A stretch of DNA of 64,000 bases. Source: Squalus acanthias. Lineage: Eukaryota. The translations under genes were made by a program, and so were the position numbers. Positions within the stretch are counted from its first letter, which is position 1, and every line of letters starts with the position of its first letter. Below are positions 26,832 to 39,670 of the stretch, one piece after another. The DNA is taken from NCBI GenBank assembly GCA_030390025.1, contig CM059426.1, positions 176,328,001-176,392,000 of the forward strand, written 5' to 3'. The notes under the pieces were generated by a model. It was given only the letters and a program-made list of their open reading frames with translations, ran no database searches and was not told the origin of the DNA.

Positions 26832-27536
26832 GATATCACTCAAAAAGGAACATTGAACATAGGAGGGTCACCTGTAAAATATGCAGAATATGTGTGGTTG
26901 GGACATATTACAGAGATGTGTACAGTCCGTAGTCCCAAGCTGGGATGGGACTGGCACTGGTCAGGTGAGCATGTGGTGGGGGGCGGAGCGGGGTGGTGTG
27001 TGTGTGCACGCAAATATGTATGAGAGAGAGTGACACACTCCCTTCTCACACATGTAAATCAAAATCTTATGAAGGTATATGTGTGATCCACCGCAATCCC
27101 TCTCCCAGCTGTGTCTTTAATAATGAAGTGTGAATTCTTTATTGAAATATGGGTGTTCAGATTATGATGTAATGTGTGTTGTGAAAGTTTTCCTCACTAA
27201 TGGTTTAATTTAACTATTTCCATTTTCCTCATTGTGGATGCAAATTATAAAATTGGTGTGGAATAATTTATTTTGAAAACAATTAGAATAATTGATTTCT
27301 AGACTATTAGAATATGACAGATTCACAGTTTGAGGCGGTTGCATCAATACTCATAAATAAAATATATATTTTATATATATATATATAATATGCATTCTAA
27401 TATATAATATAGTAATGGGTGTTTATCACACAGAGGCAACTAAACCACTGGCTATATACGTTGTGACTTTCTGTAACACTGAACCACTGGTGGTTAGCTT
27501 CTAAAGTTTGAATTTTGAGGAACTTGCTCTTTTAAA

Positions 27537-30500
27537 TCTCGAGGGCTGGGGCGGAGGGGTCTCGGGCGGAGGGGTCTCAAGGACTCGGGCGGAAGGGTCT
27601 CGGGGACTGGGGCGGAGGGGTCTCGAGGGCTGGGGCGGAGGGGTCTCGAGGGCTCGGGCGGAGGGGTCTCGAGGACTCGGGCGGAGGGGTCTCGAGGACT
27701 CGGGCGGAGGGGTCTCGAGGACTCGGGCGGAGGGGTCTCGGGGACTCGGGCGGAGGGGTCTCGGGGACTCGGACGGAGGGGTCTCGGGGACTCGGGCGGA
27801 GGGGTCTCAAGGACTCGGGCGGAGGGGTCTCGAGGACTCGGGCGGAGGGGTCTCGAGGGCTGGGGCGGAGGGGTCTCGAGGGCTGGGGCGGAGGGGTCTC
27901 GAGGACTCGGGCGGAGGGGTCTCGAGGGCTGGGGCGGAGGGGTCTCGAGGGCGGAGGGGTCTCGAGGGCGGAGGGGTCTCGAGGGCGGAGGGGTCTCGAG
28001 GGCGGAGGCGGAGGGGTCTCGACTCGAGCAGAGGGGTCTCGGGGACTCGGGCGGAGGGGTCTCGGTCGGAGGGGGTCTCGATGACTCGGGCGGAGGGGTC
28101 TCGGGTGGAGGGGTCTCGAGGGCTGGGGCGGAGGGGTCTCGAGGGCTGGGGCGGAGGGGTCTCGAGGACTGGGGCGGAGGGGTCTCTCGGGCGGAGGGGT
28201 CTCGAGGACGGGGCGGAGGGGTCTCTCGGGCGAAGGGGTCTCGAGGGCTCGGGCGGAGGGGTCTCGAGGGCTCGGGCGGAGGGGTCTCAAGGACTCGGGC
28301 GGAGGGGTCTCGGGGACTCGGGCGGAGGGGTCTCGAGGGCTGGGGCGGAGGGGTCTCGGGGACTGGGGCGGAGGGGTCTCGGGGACTGGGGCGGAGGGGT
28401 CTCGGGGACTGGGGCGGAGGGGTCTCGAGGACTCGGGCGGAGGGGTCTCGGGGACTCGGGCGGAGGGGTCTCGAGGGCTGGGGCGGAGGGGTCTCGGGGA
28501 CTGGGGCGGAGGGGTCTCGGGGACTGGGGCGGAGGGGTCTCGAGGGCTGGGGCGGAGGGGTCTCGAGGACTCGGGCGGAGGGGTCTCGAGGACTCGGGCG
28601 GAGGGGTCTCGAGGACTCGGGCGGAGGGGTCTCGAGGACTCGGGCGGAGGGGTCTCGAGGACTCGGGCGGAGGGGTCTCGAGGACTCGGGCGGAGGGGTC
28701 TCGAGGACTCGGGCGGAGGGGTCTCGAGGGCTGGGGCGGAGGGGTCTCGAGGGCTGGGGCGGAGGGGTCTCGAGGGCTGGGGCGGAGGGGTCTCGAGGAC
28801 TCGGGCGGAGGGGTCTCGAGGGCTCGGGCGGAGGGGTCTCGAGGGCGAGGTCTCGAGGGCGGAGGGGTCTCGAGGGCTGGGGCGGAGGGGTCTCTCGGGC
28901 GGAGGGGTCTCGAGGACGGGGCGGAGGGGGTCTCGAGGACTCGGGCGGAGGGGTCTCGGGCGGAGGGGGTCTCGATGACTTGGGTGGAGGGGTCTCGAGG
29001 GCTGGGGCGGAGGGGTCTCTCAGGCGGAGGGGTCTCGGGGACTGGGGCCGAGGGGTCTCGAGGGCTGGGGCGGAGGGGTCTCGACTCGGGCGGAGGGGTC
29101 TCGAGGACTCGGGCGGAGGGGTCTCGGGGACTCGGGCGGAGGGGTCTCGAGGGCTGGGGCGGAGGGGTCTGGAGGGCTGGGGCGGAGGGGTCTCGAGGAC
29201 TGGGGCGGAGGGGTCTCGAGGGCTGGGGCGGAGGGGTCTCTCGGGCGGAGGGGTCTCGAGGACGGGGCGGAGGGGGTCTCGAGGACTCGGGCGGAGGGGT
29301 CTCTCGGGCGGAGGGGTCTCGAGGGCTGGGGCGGAGGGTCTCGAGGGCGGAGGGGTCTCGAGGACGGGGCGGAGGGGGTCTCGAGGACTCGGGCGGAGGG
29401 GTCTCTCGGGCGGAGGGGTCTCGAGGACGGGGCGGAGGGGGTCTCGAGGACTCGGGCGGAGGGGTCTCTCGGGCGGAGGGGTCTCGAAGGCTGGGGCGGA
29501 GGGGTCTCGAGGACTGGGGCGGAGGGGTCTCTCGGGCGGAGGGGTCTCGAGGACGGGGCGGAGGGGTCTCGAGGACTCGGGCGGAGGGGTCTCGGGCGGA
29601 GGGGGTCTCGATGACTCGGGCGGAGGGGTCTCGAGGGCTCGGGCGAAGGGGTCTCGAGGGCTCGGGCGGAGGGGTCTCGAGGGCTCGGGCGGAGGGGTCT
29701 CTCAGGCGGAGGGGTCTCGGGGACTGGGGCGGAGGGGTCTCGGGGACTGGGGCGGAGGGGTCTCGAGGGCTGGGGCGGAGGGGTCTCCAGGACTCGGGCG
29801 GAGGGGTCTCGGGGACTCGGGCGGAGGGGTCTCGAGGGCTGGGGCGGAGGGGTCTCGGGGACTGGGGCGGAGGGGTCTCGAGGGACTCGGGCGGAGGGGT
29901 CTCGGGGACTCGGGCGGAGGGGTCTCGAGGGACTCGGGCGGAGGGGTCTCGGGGACTCGGGCGGAGGGGTCTCGAGGGCTGGGGCGGAGGGGTCTCGGGG
30001 ACTCGGGCGGAGGGGTCTCGGGGACTCGGGCGGAGGGGTCTCGGGGACTCGGGCGGAGGGGTCTCGAGGGCTGGGGCGGAGGGGTCTCGAGGGCTGGGGC
30101 GAAGGGGTCTCTCGGGCGGAGGGGTCTCGAGGACGGGGCGGAGGGGGTCTCGAGGACTCGGGCGGAGGGGTCTCGGGCGGAGGGGGTCTCGATGACTCGG
30201 GTGGAGGGGTCTCGAGGGCTGGGGCGGAGGGGTCTCGAGGACTCGGGCGGAGGGGTCTCGAGGACTCGGGCGGAGGGGTCTCGAGGGCTGGGGCGGAGGG
30301 GTCTCGAGGGCTCGGGCGGAGGGGTCTCGAGGACTCGGGCGGAGGGGTCTCGAGGACTCGGGCGGAGGGGTCTCGAGGGCTCGGGCGGAGGGGGTCTCGA
30401 GGGACTCGGGCGGAGGGGTCTCGGGGACTCGGGCGGAGGGGTCTCGGGGACTCGGGCGGAGGGGTCTCGAGGGCGGAGGGGTCTCGAGGACTGGGGCGAA

Positions 30501-33033
30501 GGGGTCTCTCGGGCGGAGGGGTCTCGAGGACGGGGCGGAGGGGGTCTCGAGGACTCGGGCGGAGGGGTCTCGGGCGGAGGGGGTCTCGATGACTTGGGTG
30601 GAGGGGTCTCGAGGGCTGGGGCGGAGGGGTCTCTCAGGCGGAGGGGTCTCGGGGACTGGGGCCGAGGGGTCTCGAGGGCTGGGGCGGAGGGGTCTCGACT
30701 CGGGCGGAGGGGTCTCGAGGACTCGGGCGGAGGGGTCTCGGGGACTCGGGCGGAGGGGTCTCGAGGGCTGGGGCGGAGGGGTCTGGAGGGCTGGGGCGGA
30801 GGGGTCTCGAGGACTGGGGCGGAGGGGTCTCGAGGGCTGGGGCGGAGGGGTCTCTCGGGCGGAGGGGTCTCGAGGACGGGGCGGAGGGGGTCTCGAGGAC
30901 TCGGGTGGAGGGGTCTCGAGGACTGGGGCGGAGGGGTCTCTCGGGCGGAGGGGTCTCGAGGACGGGGCGGAGGGGGTCTCGAGGACTCGGGCGGAGGGGT
31001 CTCTCGGGCGGAGGGTCTCGAAGGCTGGGGCGGAGGGGTCTCGAGGACTGGGGCGGAGGGGTCTCTCGGGCGGAGGGGTCTCGAGGACGGGGCGGAGGGG
31101 TCTCGAGGACTGGGGCGGAGGGGTCTCGAGGACTGGGGCGGAGGGGTCTCTCGGGCGGAGGGGTCTCGAGGGCTGGGGCGGAGGGGTCTCTCGGGCGGAG
31201 GGGTCTCGAGGGCTTGGGGGGAGGCGTCTCTCGGGCGGAGGGGGTCTCGGACTCGGGCGGAGGGGTCTCGGGCAGAGGGGGTCTCGATGACTCAGGTGGA
31301 GGGGTCTCGAGGGCTGGGGCGGAGGGTCTCGAGGGCGGAGGGGTCTCGAGGACGGGGCGGAGGGGGTCTCGAGGACTCGGGCGGAGGGGTCTCGGGCGGA
31401 GGGGGTCTCGAGGACTCGGGCGGAGGGGTCTCGGGCGGAGGGGGTCTCGATGACTCGGGCGGAGGGGTCTCGGGTGGAGGGGTCTCGAGGGCCGAGGGGT
31501 CTCGAGGGCTGGGGCCGAGGGGTCTCTCGGGCTGGGGCGGAGGGGTCTCTTGGGCTGGGGCGGAGGGGTCTCTCGGGCGGAGGGGTCTCGAGGGCGGAGG
31601 GGTCTCGAGGGCGGAGGGGTCTCGAGGGCGGAGGGGTCTCGAGGACTCTGGCGGAGGGGTCTCGAGGGCGGAGGGGTCTCCGGGACTCGGGCGGAGGGGT
31701 CTCGGGCGGAGGGGGTCTCGATGACTCGGGCGGAGGGGTCTCGGGTGGAGCTGTCTCGGGGACTCGGGCGGAGGGGTCTCGAGGGCTGGGGCGGAGGGGT
31801 CTCGATGGCTGGGGCGGAGGGGTCTCTCGGGCGGAGGGGTCTCGAGGACGGGGCGGAGGGGGTCTCGAGGACTCGGGCGGAGGGGTCTCGGGCGGAGGGG
31901 GTCTCGATGACTCGGGTGGAGGGGTCTCGGGTGGAGGGGTCTCGAGGACTGGGGCGGAGGGGTCTCTCGGGCGGAGGGGTCTCGAGGACGGGGCGGAGGG
32001 GTCTCGAGGACTGGGGCGGAGGGGTCTCGAGGGCGGAGGGGTCTCGAGGGCTGGGGCGGAGGGGTCTCTCGGGCGGAGGGGTCTCGAGGGCTGGGGCGGA
32101 GGGGTCTCTCGGGCGGAGGGGTCTCGAGGACGGGGTGGAGGGGGTCTCGAGGACTCGGGCGGAGGGGTCTCGGGCGGAGGGGGTCTCGATGACTCGGGTG
32201 GAGGGGTCTCGGGTGGAGGGGTCTCGAGGACTGGGGCGGAGGGGTCTCTCGGGCGGAGGGGTCTCTCGGGCGGAGGGGTCTCGAGGACGGGGCGGAGGAG
32301 TCTCGAGGACTGGGGCGGAGGGGTCTCGAGGGCTGGGGCGGAGGGGTCTCTCGGGCGGAGGGGTCTCGAGGGCTGGGGCGGAGGGGTCTCTCGGGCGGAG
32401 GGGTCTCGAGGACGGGGCGGAGGGGGTCTCGAGGACTCGGGCGGAGGGGGTCTCGAGGACTCGGGCGGAGGGGTCTCGGGCGGAGGGGGTCTCGATGACT
32501 CGGGCGGAGGGGTCTCGGGCGGAGGGGTCTCGAGGGCTGGGGCCGAGGGGTCGCGAGAGCTGGGGCGGAGGGGTCTCGAGGGCTGGGGCGGAGGGGTCTC
32601 GAGGGCTGGGGCGGAGGGGTCTCGAGGGCTGGGGCGGAGGGGTCTCGAGGGCTGGGGCGGAGGGGTCTCTCGGGCGGAGGGGTCTCTCGGGCGGAGGGGT
32701 CTCTCGGGCGGAGGGACTCTCGGGCGGAGGGGTCTCGAGGGCGGAGGGGTCTCGAGGACTCTGGCGGAGGGGTCTCGAGGGCGGAGGGGTCTCGAGGGCG
32801 GAGGGGTCTCGAGGACTCTGGCGGAGGGGTCTCGGGCGGAGGGGTCTCGAGGGCGGAGGGGTCTCGAGGGCTGGGGCGGAGGGGTCTCGACTCGGGCGGA
32901 GGGGTCTCGGGGACTCGGGCGGAGGGGTCTCGAGGACTCGGGCGGAGGGGTCTCGGGGACTCGGGCGGAGGGGTCTCGGGGACTCGGGCGGAGGGGACTC
33001 GGGGACTCGGGCGGAGGGGTCTCGAGGGCTGGG
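27537..33033. repeat. 5.5-kb G-rich, CpG-rich minisatellite; main unit 23 bp GGGCGGAGGGGTCTCGAGGACTC / ...GAGGGCTG with 15-18 bp variants
   Basis: Directly visible tandem repetition. Confidence 0.97.
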
Positions 33034-33088
33034 ATGTAGTGAAATACATATATAGATAAAATGTGATTTTTTTTTTCATTCTTTTTAG

Positions 33089-33344
33089 GAGGGGAGTCAA
33101 GGACAGCTCCTGGTCCTTGGTGCCACAAATCGTCCTCATGCCATCGATCCAGCGCTTCGGAGGCCTGGACGATTTGATAAAGAAATAGAGATTGGTATCC
33201 CTAATGCTGGAGACCGTGCAGATATCTTGAGGAAGTTTCTGAAGAATATTCCCACCTTGTTGACTGAGGCGGAGCTGGTACAGCTCGCAGATGGGGCTCA
33301 TGGTTATGTTGGAGCAGACCTGGCAGCAGTCTGCAAGGAAGCAG
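33089..33344 (+). CDS. AFG2A: AFG2A/SPATA5 exon with sensor-1 and arginine finger ([38 protein letters not shown]...[16 protein letters not shown])
   Basis: tttttAG acceptor, GTAACT donor; 256 bp, phase 0/1; [15 protein letters not shown] second region of homology. Confidence 0.95.
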
Positions 33345-33577
33345 GTAACTACATAGTGCTCTGCCGGTCTGGTTTCTTTTGTTGCACCATCTTGTGGTGA
33401 AAATGAGGTAGTACCGCCAAAATAATAAGTGAGCTACACTTTATTGGCGCTGTTTGAGGATTTAACCTGCTTAAGTAAAACAGAGCGAGCTGCATTCACT
33501 TTATCAAGTATATAAAAATAAATGCTGAGCATTGAAATGTTATTCATTGTATGTCACGATGCAAGTATGTCACGATG

Positions 33578-33932
33578 CATTGACAGGGTAGATGCTGAGA
33601 GGTTGTTTCCCCTGGCTGGAGTGTCTAGAACTAGGGGGCATAGTCTCAGGATAAGGGGTAGGCCATTTAAGACTGAGATGAGGAGGAATTTCTTCACTCA
33701 GAGGGTTGTGAATCTTTGGAATTCTCTGCCCCCGAGGGCTGTGAATGCTGAGTCTTTGAGTATATTCAAGGCTGAGATCGATAGATTTGTGGACTCTTGG
33801 GGAATCAAGGGATATGGAGATCAGGCGGGAAAGTGGAGTTGAGGTGGATGATCAGCCATGATCTTATTGAATGGCGGAGCAGGCTCGAGTGGCCGTATGG
33901 CCTACTCCTGCTCTTAATTCTTATGTTCTTAT
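33578..33932 (+). mobile_element. CR1 3' fragment
   Basis: RTRGHSLRIRG...FFTQRVVNLWNSLP; TTCTTATG tail. Confidence 0.9.
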
Positions 33933-33999
33933 AGGCAGTGAGAGCTCTTGTGTAATGTCCAACATGTTAGGCAACAGAGTGGTAGGACATTGGTTTTTT

Positions 34000-35268
34000 A
34001 AAGAAACATAGAAGATAGGAGCAGGAGTAGGCCATTCGGCCCCTCGAGCCTGTTCCGCCATTCAATGCGATCATGGCTGATCATCCAAATTGAGTACCCT
34101 GTCCCTGCTTTCTCCCCATATCCCTTGATCCCCTTAGCCTTAAGAAATATATCTAACTCCTTCTTGAATATATTTAATGAATTGGCCTCCACTGCCTTCT
34201 GTGGTAGAGAATTCCACAGGTTCACCACTCTCTGGGTGAAGAAATTCCTCCTCATCTCAGTCCTAAATGGCTTACCCCTATCCTTAGACTGTGACCCCTG
34301 GTTCTGGACTCCCCCACCATCGGGAACATCCTTCCTGCATCTAGTCTGTCTAGTCCTGTTAGAATTTTATAAGTTTCAATGAGATCCCCTCTTATTCTTC
34401 TAAACTCTAGTGAATATAAGCCTAATCGACCCAATCTCTCTTCATACGTCATTCCTGCCATCCCAGGTATCAGTCTGGTGAATCTTCGCTGCACTCCCTC
34501 CATGGCAAGAACATCCTTCCTCAGATAAGGCGACCAAAACTGCACACAATACTCAAGGTGTGGTCTCACCAAGGCCCTGTACAACTGCAGCAAGACATCC
34601 TTGCTCCTGTACTCGAATCCTCTCGCTATGAAGGCCAACATACCATTTGCCTTCTTAACCGCCTGCTGCACCTGCATGCTTACCTTCAGCGACTGGTGCA
34701 CAAGGACACCCAGGTCCCGTTGCACTTCCCCTTTTCCCAATCTATTGCCGTTCAGATAATAATCTGCCTTCCTGTTTTTGCCACCAAAGTGGATAACCTT
34801 GCATTTATCCACATTATACTGCATCTGCCATGCATCTGCCCAATCACCCAACCTGTCCAAATCATACTGGAGTTTCTCTGCATCCTCCTCACAGCACACA
34901 CGCCCACCCAGCTTTGTGTCATCTGCAAACTTGGAGATATTACATCTAGTTCCCTCGTCTAGATCATTAATATATAATGTGAATAACTGGGGTCCTAGCA
35001 CTGATCCCTGCGGTACCCCACTAGTCACTGCCTGCCACTCGGAAAAAGACCCGTTTATTCCAACTCTTTGCTTCCTGTCTGCCAACCAGTTTTCTATCCA
35101 CGCAGTACCTTACCCCCAATCCCATGTGTTTTAACTTTTCACGCTAATCTCTTATGTGGGACCTTATCGAAAGCCTTCTGAAAGTCCAAATACACCAAAT
35201 CCACTGGTTCTCCCTTATCTATTCTACCAGTTACATCCTCAAAAAATTCCAGTAGACTAGTCAAGCAT
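34000..35268 (-). mobile_element. CR1 3' fragment (RT C-terminus)
   Basis: ORF 34252-35085 [23 protein letters not shown]. Confidence 0.92.
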
Positions 35269-36654
35269 TTTCATGCATTTCTGCAAATCAAGAGCTCCTG
35301 ATGTTAACTGCACTGATTCATGACAGCTGCAAACTTCCCCACAGAGAATGAGGGAGGGAAATCACAGGAATAATCACACCTGATTTGTTCTTGTGCCACT
35401 TTGAATGTCTAGCTATATGTACCAAGTGTCGACCTCCATCCATGTAACTTGAAGAAACGTCACTCTGTGTTCAGCTAGTTGAAAACTAACCAGTTATTCT
35501 CGCAGGTAGATGTGAATTACACCTGTACATTATTTACAAAGTTGGTGTTATAATTGTGAAAGACAGAAGAAAGTGGAGTTTATTACCTGTGGGAGAAATT
35601 AATAGTCCAACTGTCCGCTGCTTAAAATCATAGTTCAGAAAGAAGTGAATTTGACAACAAAATAATTTGTTAAAAAAAATTCTCAGTGGCAGTTCCCTGA
35701 GGTTAGAGCTGAGGAAAAGCCATTTACACTGTTGGTCTGTGTGAATGAGCAAAATAATTTTAAGATGAAACTTTAAAGTTCAGTTTCCTCAGGTATCACA
35801 TCAGTGGAGTACGGAGAGTTGAAATTACTTTGTTCCCTGCGGTATCCTTGTGGCTGACACAGATAAGCAGTTTAAATGGCTTTTCCTTAACTTTAACCTC
35901 AGGGTCGTGTCTCTGATGTAACCGGTGTTCATTTCCATTTCACCACACATTGAATCTTCCCAGTGAATATATAAGAATGCAAATTACGGCAGTTTAGGAT
36001 TATGGACTTGCGTTAAAATTCTTCCCTCATTTTGTTTTAAAAATCCTCGACTGACTGCTGCATTTTAATATTTCTAGAAGTATTGATTATGTGGATAGTA
36101 ATTATATTTCTGCAGTTACTAATTGGCAGAAAATGTAATTTGTAGAATAAACTGGGGGATTGCTTTTAAGAAAACCTGTATTTTAATTTTTAGTAAGGAC
36201 ATCAATATCGTGTACTCAATATTCCACTTACAAAAAAAAAAGTAAGAGGACCTGGTTTACTAAACACAGTCAAAATAACAATTTTTAGTGAAAATACCCA
36301 TTTCTCCCCTTCCTCAATTTTCACATCCTCCTCTCCCGAAGATAGTGGCTTTTCCTAGGATACGGTTCTGTGATCGCCAACCACCATCCAGCGCCTTGCC
36401 CAGTAGCTATCTTTCACGTGAGCCTAGACAGTGAGTGTTGGCAGGCTATTTCACCATGGGATACTGCATGGCTGAGTCTGATGCTCCTCTCACCGATGCC
36501 CATGCACGCATGCACTTTCCAGCAAAAGTCACTGGACACCGACCAGCAGCAGCAACTCTGGTTTGCTATTTTTTTTTCTTCCCCTGCCTAGCCCGTGGGT
36601 GTGGACGGTAATTATTGCTACCACTGTCCCAGATGAGATCAGCTAACGCGGCAA

Positions 36655-36958
36655 ACATAGGAACAGGAGTAGACCATTTAGGCCATTCAGTGAGATCATG
36701 GCTGGTCTGTGACCTAACTCCATATACCTGCCTTTGCCCCATTTCCCTTAACACCTTTGGTTAACCAAAAACTATCAATCTCAGATTTAAAATTAACAAT
36801 TGATCTAGCATCAACCTCGGTTTGGCAGAAGAGAGTTCCAGACTTCTACCACTCTGTGTGTGCTGAAGTGTTTCCTAACTTCACTCCTGAAAGGCCTGGT
36901 TCTAATTTTTAGGCTAGATCTTATAATCCTCGACTCCCCAACCAGCGGAAATAGTTTG
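36655..36958 (-). mobile_element. CR1 3' fragment
   Basis: CATAGGAACAGGAGTAG tail and 3' UTR similar to the other CR1 copies. Confidence 0.75.
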
Positions 36959-38444
36959 TTGCTTTGAAGGGCACAGTTCCATATTAAACAGTATATTTGC
37001 CCAATGATTCATCAGGAGATGCTCTGCAGTACAATTTCTGTTTAGTGTGTCATGCTCAGGATATTCCTGTATGCTGTTCACCCTCCCCACCATGTTTTGG
37101 GAGAATCCTGCCAAAGAGCAGACTTGCAGTATAATTACATTCATAAAAGTTTTTTGAAAAATCTTCTCTGGAAAAAATGGTTGCGACAGAGCTTATACTC
37201 TGCATCCTTCCACTGGCATAATGATAACCAGTGTGACCATTATTAGTAGATTTGCTGACTGGCACTAGCACCGATCGCATACAGGTGCTCAACATGCTAG
37301 TACTAAATTCTGCTGCATCTTTAATGTTTGCAATGTTTTAGCGAGTAACATAGTACAGTACAGGCACATTCAGTGTTGCCAATTGGTAAATCTACCCCAT
37401 CTCTCAGGCATGATTTACAGTGGATTGTCTCAAGATTGTACAAGCACAAGCCTTTTTAAAAAAAAAGTTTAAATTATATTTATACTAACCACAAGTCAGC
37501 ATTTTGACTGTATTAGCATTATAGGAAATGCTGTCAGCACAGTTTGGCAACTGGTGACCTAAACATTTTCACACGTTCACAACTTTATTGCTCCTGCGTT
37601 ATGTGATTGGGCAGTAGGTTGTGAAAGTGTGGTAACAAGCTGTTTGTTACCATGTTTGTGCTGTAAATGTGAATATGCCAGACACCCTGTTTGCTCAGCA
37701 CTGCTGTACACAAGGATAATGGAGTGGTGTCAAATGAGCTATCTGTGGCTTCTGACACCAGCACTGTTGACGAAAACCAAACTTATCTACAGTGATATGA
37801 CCTTTTAACTGGTCTATAATTAAAAGAAGATGACACTAGTTTTTTGACAGTGGTTGATGTGTAAAACCATCACATTGCAGGCAGTGTATTTTGGAGATGG
37901 AAAGACCTACTGTCAACATCAGTAAACGTTCAGACCTATTCTCCCATTTCACATATTGTCAGCAAAAGCTCTTCATTATTTAGAACCAAGAATGCTTTTA
38001 GTTATTTTTTTCTTTCTGCATAATTTGTTGATTCACAGACTAATTCGGTAGTTATGATGGTAGGCTGTGCGCTTAGCCATGATCTTTTATCCCTCATCTG
38101 GTGCATTGTTAGGAGCACAATAAGGTCTGTGATGAGATAGACTGGACTATCTATTCTTCCCACCCATAACAGGGGATGCCTCAATTAGTGGGCATGCTGA
38201 GAGCTGAACAATCTTGCCTCCTCCCACCCTCCCAATAGGAAGATGATAATCAGGATTTTTGGTCACTAGCACGTGACTCCTTATTTTTCTTCATTTAAAA
38301 TGCATTTTTTCCATCCCAAAAACGTTCCCATTCAAGTAATGTAAAAACAAATTATTTTCTGGTGATTAAGAATTTGCCCCAGAGTTGTGAGGTGAGTACT
38401 AAAGAGAGTCAAAAGGAACTCATTAGAAAGAGAAATTTTATGGA

Positions 38445-38790
38445 GACGGGGTGGTGCATTAGGTTAGCCACTGGCCTTTCACCTCTCCAACCTAGATTTA
38501 AACCCAGCCCAGACTGATGGGATGAAAGTCTCCTTTGTTTGCTGTCTTGTGTAAAATGCATTTGGACAGTCTTATTTCTGTTCCTAGTGGGTATGTGCAC
38601 ATAGCACCAAACTGCTGCTAATTTATCACTAATTGGCAATCTCACTGAGGTCACATGATGACTGATGTGGGAATTGGAAAAAATCACACTGGTGCCGTAG
38701 GCGATGCAGGGCTGGGGCATAGGTACATTTTTGGAATAGACTATGTCTGATGGGGCTATACTTGATCTGGGAGTGCTTAATACTGACAAA
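38445..38790 (+). mobile_element. Ancient tRNA-headed interspersed repeat (other copies ~100-260, ~48230-48495, and reversed at ~49905-50090 and ~51370-51780)
   Basis: Shared blocks CACTGGCCTTTCAC, GATGAAAGTCTCC, GTTCCTAGT, CACTAATTGGCAAT, AGAGGGAGCTTTACTCT. Confidence 0.55.
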
Positions 38791-39349
38791 TTAAGAGAGT
38801 TGTGATCTAAATTTTCAAAATCATGAAGATATTTGATGGGACTAATGCAGAGAGGTTGTCTAGAGAATCTAGAAAATCTAATTTTTTCATAATGACAACT
38901 GTTATATTGTGGGGTAGACTGCCATCTACTGGAATGATCATTACATGGTTAAGGCACTCAAGAGAATTGGACCAAATCTCCATTTAAGCTGTAGATTACG
39001 GGTTAGTAGAGCCACTGAGGAATAGATTTCACTGTTTATTTTCAGCTGGACAAGCTAAATGGCCTTTTCCGCATATCTATCTTCATGTGTTTATCGTAAT
39101 AACACTGTCATGTTAATGGCACTGATGTGCTGCAATTTTTGAAGACAGTTTTGAAGCTTTCTTGAGTCCCAGCATTGTAATTGGACAGTATAGCAACAGA
39201 TTTAAGGTACAGTGAAACCCTGTTGGATGTAAATGGATCAGGGTAGTCTATGTATATAAGAAGGCTTGTATATAACCGAAATGAGTATAAAAGTATTAAC
39301 AGAAACAGAGTCCTTTCATGACCGTGTGCTTAAATGAAAATTGCAAGAA

Positions 39350-39670
39350 TAAACTGAAATGCAAAAAAGACTGGAAATACACAGCAGGTCGCTCAGCATC
39401 TGTAAAAAGAGAAAAGCCAGTTTTGATGGAGGGGTTCTACTTGAAATGATAACCTATGCTGGTTGACATGCTACGCAGTTCGAGCATTTTCTGACGAAGG
39501 GTCATCAACCTGAAACGTTAACTCGGTTTCTCTCTCCACAGATGCTGCCTGACCTGCTGAGTGTTTCCAGCATTTTCTGTTTTTATTTCAGATTTCCAGC
39601 ATCCGCAGTATTTTGCTATTGTTCTAGCATTTTCTGGTTTGATTTCAGATTTACGGTATTTGTTTGTATT
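39350..39670 (+). mobile_element. Penelope-like terminal-repeat remnant with hammerhead-ribozyme-like core
   Basis: CTGACGA-AGGGT-CATCA-ACCT-GAAAC-GTT-AACTCG at 39491-39526, flanked by inverted arms 39370-39415 / 39527-39575. Confidence 0.55.

Noticed and set aside
27508-33301. Very long ORFs (up to 1613 aa) on both strands
   Set aside because: Artefacts of a stop-free G-rich tandem repeat; they are open in several frames at once and lie in an intron
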